Below, one piece after another: positions 57,317 to 64,000 of a stretch of DNA of 64,000 nt; the stretch's first letter is position 1; every line of letters begins with the position of its first letter. This DNA is from Candidatus Eiseniibacteriota bacterium (GTDB taxonomy: Bacteria > Orphanbacterota > Orphanbacteria > Orphanbacterales > Orphanbacteraceae). A program made the translations under genes and the position numbers. Location: assembly GCA_043809585.1 (NCBI GenBank), contig JBDROZ010000003.1, positions 1 through 64,000 of the forward strand, written 5' to 3'. The notes under the pieces were generated by a model. That model was not told where the DNA came from. It made no database searches and saw only the letters and a list, made by a program, of their open reading frames with translations.

Positions 57317-58456
57317 ATGGGCAAGACTATTCCGGCGGCAACGGCCGCCGTCATCATCCTTCTTCTCATAGGCTCGCCTCCGGCCGCCAGGGCGAGCGCC
57401 ACGGCGACAGGCGTTTCCCGCGACTTCAACCCCGCCGTCAGCGTCAACGCGCTCCTTCTCTATCGCTCGGGTCTCGGGGAGACGACGGTGGAGCCCGATT
57501 CCGGGTCCGAGGCGGGCCACGACCACGGGGCCGCCGGGGACGGCTTCGCCGTCCAGGAGACGGAGCTGCGGCTCACGTCGATCATCGACCCCTACGCGAA
57601 GGCGGATTTCGTCTTCGCCATGCACGGCACGGACGGCTTCGAGCTCGAGGAAGGGTTCGTCCGCCTGATCTCGCTCCCCCGGGGCCTCGGTCTCCGGGCG
57701 GGCAAAGCGTATTTCGAGTTCGGCAAGCACAACGCCTACCACACCCACCAGTTCCCCTTCGTGGAGCGTCCCTACGCCTGGGACGCCTTGCTCGGCGAAC
57801 ACGGCCTGAACGGCGCGGTGGTCGAGGCGAGCTGGCTGACGCCCCTCCCCTGGTACGCCGAAGTGATCGCCTACGGGTTCCCGTCCATCGAGACCGTCTA
57901 CGGCGACCACGAGATCCCGGAGAACGAGTGGGGAGGCGGGGCGCGAATCCGGCAGTTGTGGGAGGCGGGAGACCGGGCGACGGTCGATCTGGGAGTCTCC
58001 TATGCCGGCGGCGACGCACTGCGCGGCGGGCGCCGTCACTTCACCGGGGCCGATCTCACCTTCAAGTGGAGCGGAACCGGGAGAAACCCGAGGACCTTGG
58101 AGATTCAGAGCGAGTGGTTCCGCCGGATGGAGGACCTCGAGTCTTGGAACCCCCATCAGGACGGCTTCTACGCGCACGCCCTCGGCCGGGTCACCCGCCG
58201 GGTCGTGGCCGGCGCCCGGATCGACTTCCTCCGGTCCGACGAATTCACCGGATCGGAGGGGGGCGACGTCTTCTCGGAAACGAACCAGGAGAACCCCGAC
58301 GTCACGACCTTCACCGGGTCCCTCGCCTTCGTGCCGAGCGAGTTTCAGGCGATCCGGCTCGACGTGATTCACCGGGACTTCGGCGATAGCGACGAGCAGG
58401 CGGGCCGGCTCCAGTACAACTTCACCATCGGCAGCCACCCGGCGCACCGGTACTAG
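57317..58456 (+). CDS. Outer-membrane porin/receptor associated with metal uptake
   Basis: Signal peptide; FNPAVSV, HDHG, ETELRL..IDPY, FGKHNAYHTH, C-terminal IGSHPAHRY. Confidence 0.8.
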   Translation: MGKTIPAATAAVIILLLIGSPPAARASATATGVSRDFNPAVSVNALLLYRSGLGETTVEPDSGSEAGHDHGAAGDGFAVQETELRLTSIIDPYAKADFVFAMHGTDGFELEEGFVRLISLPRGLGLRAGKAYFEFGKHNAYHTHQFPFVERPYAWDALLGEHGLNGAVVEASWLTPLPWYAEVIAYGFPSIETVYGDHEIPENEWGGGARIRQLWEAGDRATVDLGVSYAGGDALRGGRRHFTGADLTFKWSGTGRNPRTLEIQSEWFRRMEDLESWNPHQDGFYAHALGRVTRRVVAGARIDFLRSDEFTGSEGGDVFSETNQENPDVTTFTGSLAFVPSEFQAIRLDVIHRDFGDSDEQAGRLQYNFTIGSHPAHRY

Positions 58457-58468
58457 GAGGGCGGACCC

Positions 58469-59386
58469 ATGAGAAGACATGTATTCGCCGCTTCCATCGC
58501 CGCGATTCTGGCGTTCGGCGTTTTCGCCCCCGCCTCGGCGAAGCTGAAGGTGGTGGCGACGCTCGCCGAGATCGGCGCCCTCGCGGAGGAGATCGGAGGG
58601 GAGCGGGTGGAGGTCGAAGTCCTCGCCAAGGGGAACGAGGACCCGCATGTCCTCCCCGCGAAGCCGAGCCACAGCCGCCGTCTCATGAAGGCGGACCTGC
58701 TCATCGCGAACGGGCTTCAGCTGGAGGTAGGATGGCTGCCGCTGCTCATCGAAGGAGCCCGGAACCCGCGCGTCCGCCCCGGATCGCCGGGGTATCTGGA
58801 GCTCGGCACGTTCATCGAACCCCTCGAAGTGCCGACGGGGGCGATCGACCGGAGCGGAGGGGACGTCCATCCCGAAGGGAACCCTCACTTCACCGTCGAC
58901 CCGGCTGTGTATCCGGCGCTGGGGGAAGCGGTGGCGGAGCGGCTCTCGACTCTCGATCCCGAGGGTGCGGCATACTACGAGGAGCGGCGGGAGCACTTTA
59001 CCGCCCATTGGATGGAGGCGCTCCGGGGTTGGAGAGGGCGGCTCGGCTTTCTCGAGGGCGAGGCGGTGGTGACCTTCCACCAGCAGTGGGAATACTTGGC
59101 GCGCACCTTCGGCCTCCGGATCCTCGGGAAGATCGAGGACCGGCCGGGCATCCCCCCCACGCCCCGGCATCTCGCCGATCTGGAAAGCACGATCGCGGCC
59201 GATGGGGTCCGATGGATCCTCTACTCCGACCTGACCTACCCGGATGTCCCCGAGAAGGTCGCCGCCCGCACCGGGTGTCGGGCGGTGCGGCTCCCCCAGT
59301 CGGTGGACAGCCGGGAGGGGACGAAGACCCTGACGGCCTGGTTCGATACACTCGTCGCCGCCTTCGATGCGGCGAAGGAGAATTGA
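58469..59386 (+). CDS. ZnuA/TroA-type metal ABC transporter substrate-binding protein
   Basis: KVVAT, DPH, NGLQLE.GW, DVHPEGNPH, TFH, IEDRPGIPPT. Confidence 0.9.
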   Translation: MRRHVFAASIAAILAFGVFAPASAKLKVVATLAEIGALAEEIGGERVEVEVLAKGNEDPHVLPAKPSHSRRLMKADLLIANGLQLEVGWLPLLIEGARNPRVRPGSPGYLELGTFIEPLEVPTGAIDRSGGDVHPEGNPHFTVDPAVYPALGEAVAERLSTLDPEGAAYYEERREHFTAHWMEALRGWRGRLGFLEGEAVVTFHQQWEYLARTFGLRILGKIEDRPGIPPTPRHLADLESTIAADGVRWILYSDLTYPDVPEKVAARTGCRAVRLPQSVDSREGTKTLTAWFDTLVAAFDAAKEN

Positions 59387-59387
59387 C

Positions 59388-60209
59388 ATGGAATTGGTGC
59401 GGCTCATGGCCGCCCCCTTCGCCGCGAGCGTGGTGCTCGTTCTGATCCACGCCTACCTCGGCGGGCACGTGCTCCGGCGGGGCGTCATCTTCGTCGACCT
59501 CGCCATGGCCCAATTTGCCGCCCTGGGCGCCGCCATCGGCCTGCTGGTCGGGGTCGATCACGACACGCCCCTCGGATACGGCCTCGGTCTCGTCTCCGCC
59601 TTCATCGCGGCGGCCCTCTTCTCCTGGTCGCGGCAGCGCATTCGGATCGTACCCCAGGAGGCGGTCATCGGGATCGCCTACGTGCTCGCGTCGAGCGCGG
59701 TGGTGGTGATCGCGGACCGGGTCCCCCACGGCGCGGAACACATCAAGCACGCATTGGTCGGGACCATCCTTTGGATCGGGTGGGGGGACGTGGCGAAAAC
59801 GGCGGTTCTCTACGGCGCCCTCGGGCTCCTCCTCGCCCTCACCCATTCCCGGCTCGAGATCGTCAGCCGGGATCCGGCGGAGGCGAGGCGGCGGGGGATG
59901 AACCTATTCGTCTGGGACTTCCTCTTTTACGGCGTCTTCGCTTTCGTCGTCACGAGTTCGGTGCAGATCGCCGGCGTTCTCCTCGTCTTCACGATCCTCA
60001 TCGTGCCGTCGGTCTTCACCGCCTTCGCGGGACTCACGGGCCGGCGGCGACTCCCCGGCGCCTGGATCTTCGGCGTCGCCATGAGCCTCGTCGGCATGAT
60101 CCTGTCCTTCTATCTCGATCTGCCGACGGGAGCCACGGTAGTGGTCGTCTTCGGCCTCGCCCTCTTCATCACCACCCTCCTCTTCTCCGGGGAGACACAC
60201 TTAGTGTAG
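59388..60209 (+). CDS. ZnuB-type metal ABC transporter permease
   Basis: YLGGHVLRRGVIFVDLA.AQ.AALG, EAVIG, GVLLVF..LIVP, DLPTGA. Confidence 0.9.
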   Translation: MELVRLMAAPFAASVVLVLIHAYLGGHVLRRGVIFVDLAMAQFAALGAAIGLLVGVDHDTPLGYGLGLVSAFIAAALFSWSRQRIRIVPQEAVIGIAYVLASSAVVVIADRVPHGAEHIKHALVGTILWIGWGDVAKTAVLYGALGLLLALTHSRLEIVSRDPAEARRRGMNLFVWDFLFYGVFAFVVTSSVQIAGVLLVFTILIVPSVFTAFAGLTGRRRLPGAWIFGVAMSLVGMILSFYLDLPTGATVVVVFGLALFITTLLFSGETHLV

Positions 60210-60213
60210 GTCC

Positions 60214-60515
60214 CTAGCCTGGATTATGCACAAACCTCCTACTGCGATCTCGGATCGCCGCCTGCGAAGCCTCCTTTCCATCGCCGCCTCCTCGACGGGG
60301 CCCGTGGCGCACTTTCATCTTCTCGCGACCGCTCGGAGCGAGAAGTGTTAGTGCGCCGGGGGAGCCCCCCCGGGCACTAGGGCTTATCGCTTCGATGGGC
60401 GCGATAAGCCCAACTGCCCGACGGGTCCTTGCCTCCGGTGGCGGCTCGTCCAAGTCAGCTTCTCGTCAGGCGATCCGAGCCCTCGTAACGGAGATTCATG
60501 CATAATCCAGGCTAG
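60214..60515 (-). repeat. GA-loop rod hairpin element, copy E, with a branched apical insertion and CTAG ends
   Basis: Perfect 17-bp arms ctagcctggattatgca/tgcataatccaggctag; reverse-complement loops gttacga/gcagta, gacga/gcag, tggacga/gatggaa, cggag/cga; two extra hairpins at the apex. Confidence 0.85.
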
Positions 60516-60600
60516 CGCCTTTCTTGCGGCCGGGAAGCGTGCCCGGGTGTCCGGGGGATGAAGACGACGGCGGGCACCCCAACAAACCAGAATTAAATGG

Positions 60601-60629
60601 TTGCCATAGGTTAATCAATATGCTAGAGT
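60601..60629 (+). promoter_or_regulatory. Sigma70-type promoter for the vWA gene
   Basis: TTGCCA-17 nt (ending TGC)-TAGAGT in an AT-rich patch. Confidence 0.5.
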
Positions 60630-60738
60630 GCTCTGCTTAGAAGCTCCAGAACTCCCCCGAGGTCCGGATCGCCCCTGGCCGTCCAAAGCGCTGGAAAACC
60701 ACGCAACTGTCCGGCAACCAGAAAGGCAGAGTGCTCAC

Positions 60739-61686
60739 TTGAGAAACGGCATACTGTTAGTCGTCGGAGTCTTATTCCTCTGTAGTGGCGGTGTGGGCCT
60801 GGCGGACGTCAGCCCGAACGAAGCGGGATTGGCGCTCCCTCGCGGCGAGGGCGTCTCCGAATACCAGCCGCCGACCCTCATCGATAGCGATTGCAACTGC
60901 ATCGATCTCGTGCTCGTGATCGACGACACGGGTAGCATGTTCGGCGCGATCGCCAACGTGGCGGCCGGAATCGAAGACATCATCGATTTGGCCGACTCCA
61001 CCTGCGGTAGCGTCCAGGCGGCCCTCGTGACGTTTTCGGACACAGTGGAGGTCGACGAGGACCTGACCTTCAACGTGGCGGCCGTGAAGACGGCGGTGGG
61101 CAATCTGATCGCCACCGGCGGCGTCGGCATTCCGGAGGCTTCCGACGAGGCGCTCCGCGAGGTGCTGACCGAGCCGGGCACGATCTGCACGAAGATCGGC
61201 GATTTCACGACCGGGGCGTTTCGGGACACCTGCTGCCGGGTCGTCGTGCTCGTGACGGACGCCCAGCCGGGCGGCTGCGACGACTTCTACGATGCGGGAG
61301 TCGACATGCCGAACGCTCATGACCGGGCCCTCGAGGCGGCGGCGGCAGGCATTCAGATCGGCGCGCTGTTCGTTCCTACCTTCGGCGATCCGGGCGATAT
61401 CGTGACCATCATGACCGACTACGCCGGGACTTCCGGCGGCGTCTACGGCCAGACCGCCGCGGACGGGAACGGCACGGCGGCGGCCATCGAGCAGCTCATT
61501 CTGGACTGCATCGGGCAGGCGCAGACCGAGCTTTGCTGCATCCCCGACGCGCACCAGTGCGTCGAGGTCCTTGCCGGCCAGTGCGACGCGCTCGGCGGTT
61601 ATGTCGTCTCCGACTGTTCGGAATGCGAGTTCACGGGGACCGAGAGTTCGAGCTGGGGAACCGTCAAGAAGTTGTTCCGCGACTGA
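60739..61686 (+). CDS. Secreted Cys-rich vWA-domain protein with C-terminal SWGxxK tail
   Basis: Signal peptide; IDLVLVIDDTGSM MIDAS, GG..IPEA, LVTDA; CC..C..C..GG module; ends TESSSWGTVKKLFRD; start approximate. Confidence 0.82.
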   Translation: MRNGILLVVGVLFLCSGGVGLADVSPNEAGLALPRGEGVSEYQPPTLIDSDCNCIDLVLVIDDTGSMFGAIANVAAGIEDIIDLADSTCGSVQAALVTFSDTVEVDEDLTFNVAAVKTAVGNLIATGGVGIPEASDEALREVLTEPGTICTKIGDFTTGAFRDTCCRVVVLVTDAQPGGCDDFYDAGVDMPNAHDRALEAAAAGIQIGALFVPTFGDPGDIVTIMTDYAGTSGGVYGQTAADGNGTAAAIEQLILDCIGQAQTELCCIPDAHQCVEVLAGQCDALGGYVVSDCSECEFTGTESSSWGTVKKLFRD

Positions 61687-61705
61687 GTTTCGGCGAATGA
61701 ATCAA

Positions 61706-61755
61706 GGGCGAAAGCGGGGCCGGTCTCCCATCGGGGACCGGCCTTCGCTTTTGCC
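61706..61755 (+). terminator. Intrinsic terminator-like hairpin
   Basis: aaagcggggccggtctcc/ggggaccggccttcgcttt followed by T residues. Confidence 0.65.
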
Positions 61756-62024
61756 GCGCGGAACGATGGTGACGGGATGGCCGCCGCCGTCGGCCACACC
61801 CTCATGGGACCGTCCACCCGGTGCGGCCGGAAACCGCACCTCCCACCCCGTCCCCCGCGCCACGGTCAACTAGTGTCTGTCCCCATTTCGGGAGGGATGG
61901 TAGACTTGTCGGAGCCGCTGGCTAGGGCGGCTCGTTTTCAATGTCCCGGCACAGAACCGGTCCGGCAACTCGATGCCGGACAGATAGTTACCCTTCTATC
62001 CCCGCGGGAATGAGGAAGAGAGCG

Positions 62025-63536
62025 ATGAAGGACTTCTTGCAGCGTCTCGGGATTCGAGAGGTGAATTCCGGGGCGTGCCACGCCGAGTGGCTCGACACGA
62101 AAGGGGGCGAACTCGTCACCTTCTGTCCGGCCGACGAGAAACCGATCGCCAAAGTGAACCAGGCGACCGAGGACGATTACGAGACGGTCGTGCGGAAGGC
62201 CCAGGAGGTCTTCAAGGAGTGGCGGATGCTCCCCGCGCCTCAGCGGGGCGAGATCGTGCGCCAGATCGGCGAGGCCCTTCGGGAGAAGAAGGACGACCTC
62301 GGCCGCCTCGTCTCGTACGAGATGGGCAAGATCCGCTCCGAGGGTCTCGGCGAGGTGCAGGAGGCGATCGACATCGCCGACTTCGCCGTCGGCCTTTCGC
62401 GTCAGCTCTACGGCAAGACCATGCACTCCGAGCGCCCCCTCCACCGGATGTACGAGCAGTGGCACCCCCTCGGGACGATCGGCATCGTCACGGCCTTCAA
62501 CTTCCCCGTCGCCGTATGGGCGTGGAACGCCATGATCGCCATGGTCTGCGGCGACACGATGATCTGGAAGCCCTCCTCCCAGACGCCGCTCTGCGCCATC
62601 GGCACCCAGAACGTGGTGAACGAGGTGCTCAGCAAGAACGGCTGGGGGGGCGTCTCGGGCGTCGTCATCGGCCGGGGGAGCACGGTGGGTGAGAAGATGA
62701 TCGCCGACCGCCGCCTTCCCCTCATCTCGGCGACCGGCTCCTGCCGGATGGGCCGCCGCATCGGCGAGGTCGTCGCGGGGCGCCTCGGCCGCTGCCTCCT
62801 CGAACTGGGCGGGAACAACGCGATCATCGTCGACGAAAGCGCGGACCTCGACATGACGGCCCGGGCGATCCTCTTCGGCGCCGTCGGCACCGCCGGCCAG
62901 CGGTGCACCTCGACCCGGCGAATCTTCGCCCACAAAAAAATCCACGACACTCTCGTCCATAGCCTGGTCAAGGCGTACGGATCGATCCCGATCGGCGATC
63001 CCCTCGACACGAAGACCCTCATGGGACCCCTCGTGAACGAGGAAGCCGTGGTCACCATGGAGAAGGCGATCGGGCAGGCGAAAGCCGAGGGGGGCAAGAT
63101 CCTCACCGGCGGCAAGCGGAAAGAGGGCGCCGGCCATTTCGTGGAGCCGACCATCGTCAGCATCGACCCCGCGGCGAAGATCGTCCAGGACGAGACCTTT
63201 GCGCCGATCCTCTACGTCTTCCCTTACGAGGACCTGGATCGGGCGATCGAATGGCACAACGCCGTCGACCAGGGGCTCTCGTCCGCCATGTTCACGAACA
63301 ACGTCCGGCGGGGCGAAACCTTCCTCAGCCATCGTGGTTCGGACTGCGGCATCGCCAACCTGAACATCGGGACGAGCGGCGCCGAGATCGGCGGCGCCTT
63401 CGGCGGCGAGAAGGACACGGGGGGGGGCAGGGAAGCGGGCTCCGATTCTTGGAAGGCGTACATGCGCCGGCAAACCTGCACAATTAACTGGGGGAAAGAA
63501 CTTCCCCTGGCCCAGGGCGTGAAGTTTGATTTGTGA
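62025..63536 (+). CDS. ALDH7 (alpha-aminoadipate semialdehyde dehydrogenase-like) aldehyde dehydrogenase
   Basis: PAPQRGEIVRQ, GEVQEAIDI.DFAVGLSRQLYG, AFNFPVAVW, LELGGNN, GTAGQRCT, GAEIGGAFGGEK.TGGGRE. Confidence 0.93.
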   Translation: MKDFLQRLGIREVNSGACHAEWLDTKGGELVTFCPADEKPIAKVNQATEDDYETVVRKAQEVFKEWRMLPAPQRGEIVRQIGEALREKKDDLGRLVSYEMGKIRSEGLGEVQEAIDIADFAVGLSRQLYGKTMHSERPLHRMYEQWHPLGTIGIVTAFNFPVAVWAWNAMIAMVCGDTMIWKPSSQTPLCAIGTQNVVNEVLSKNGWGGVSGVVIGRGSTVGEKMIADRRLPLISATGSCRMGRRIGEVVAGRLGRCLLELGGNNAIIVDESADLDMTARAILFGAVGTAGQRCTSTRRIFAHKKIHDTLVHSLVKAYGSIPIGDPLDTKTLMGPLVNEEAVVTMEKAIGQAKAEGGKILTGGKRKEGAGHFVEPTIVSIDPAAKIVQDETFAPILYVFPYEDLDRAIEWHNAVDQGLSSAMFTNNVRRGETFLSHRGSDCGIANLNIGTSGAEIGGAFGGEKDTGGGREAGSDSWKAYMRRQTCTINWGKELPLAQGVKFDL

Positions 63537-63702
63537 GGTTTGACAAAAGGCAAGAACTCCGGCTGGCGGCCCGGACAATCTGGCACGACAGAGGGCGGAC
63601 CCGCGAATCTGGTGAATGTCACCGGCCGGGTTCGCCCCTTTAACTTTCTCTGGTTTAATGAATTAATCGGAGTCTGGTGAATGGAGATCCCTTTCGCCGG
63701 AT

Positions 63703-63718
63703 TGGCACCGCCCATGCA
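63703..63718 (+). promoter_or_regulatory. Candidate sigma54 (-24/-12) promoter
   Basis: TGGCAC-CGCCC-ATGCA (GG-N10-GC), preceded by an AT-rich tract at ~63640-63668. Confidence 0.5.
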
Positions 63719-64000
63719 ATGGCAACGGGGCGAGCGTACTATCCGAGAATCCCCTCGGGGCGGCGACAGGGGAGGGCGCGATCGGGCCCTCCGCATCTGG
63801 GTCGAGACATCGTGGGAAGTGTGGGGTTGATGTGAAAATCGGCCCTCCCCAGCCGCCTGAATCTGGTATACTTTGCAAGGGGAGAAGTGAAACCGTAACG
63901 CTCAGGTGGCCAAACTCTCTGCCGGGGGAGGGGTCGGTCATAAGGCAGTGACGCGATGCGTCACACGGTGGATCTTCTCCCCTTCGTTTCGCCTCTAAAG

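Noticed and set aside
1143-60515. GA-loop hairpins as integron attC sites or ordinary terminators
   Set aside because: No RYYYAAC...GTTRRRY ends in cassette orientation, the neighbours are housekeeping genes, there is no integrase, and they are too long with no U tract.
1934-63578. Numerous long antisense or alternate-frame ORFs (e.g. 6806..9511, 15452..17053, 29652..31643, 47044..50016, 57041..59407, 61938..63578)
   Set aside because: Shadow ORFs of well-supported genes, expected at high GC; Arg/Pro/Gly-rich with no motifs.

Overview
High-GC, diderm-type bacterial chromosome segment. The lipoproteins, outer-membrane barrels, LpoB, SurA and C-terminal [ST]WGxxK tails suggest an Eisenbacteria/Latescibacterota/Krumholzibacteriota-like lineage (inference). 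The first ~22.6 kb is an almost continuous minus-strand run: MoxR, DUF58, XRE-cupin, a small secreted protein, BatA/vWA, mfd, two parvulin PPIases, ftsE, ftsX, envC-like, ricT, metG, tatD, rsmA, a ~690-aa beta-barrel and two paralogous lipoproteins. The rest holds nth, a COG3014/LpoB pair, an HtrA protease, ETF-QO, a TPR-GAF-sigma54 activator preceded by a small secreted protein, a nucleoside phosphorylase, cysS, a DUF2723/sulfatase-like/GT-C/carbamoyltransferase surface-modification neighbourhood, MerR plus a sigma-70 factor, aroC, a metal-uptake operon with a DUF2946-like RGPP leader, a secreted vWA protein and an ALDH7. No rRNA, tRNA, CRISPR array, transposase or integrase was seen. The three most notable unexplained signals are: (1) a dispersed family of ~170-300-bp rod-like hairpins (5 full copies plus a half copy) with variable, covarying stems and conserved CGAG/CGNAG internal loops, each directly after a stop codon and antisense to that gene; (2) a secreted-peptide plus cytoplasmic TPR-sigma54-activator pair resembling a peptide-signalling system; (3) a putative metal-sensing ribosome-arrest leader peptide.
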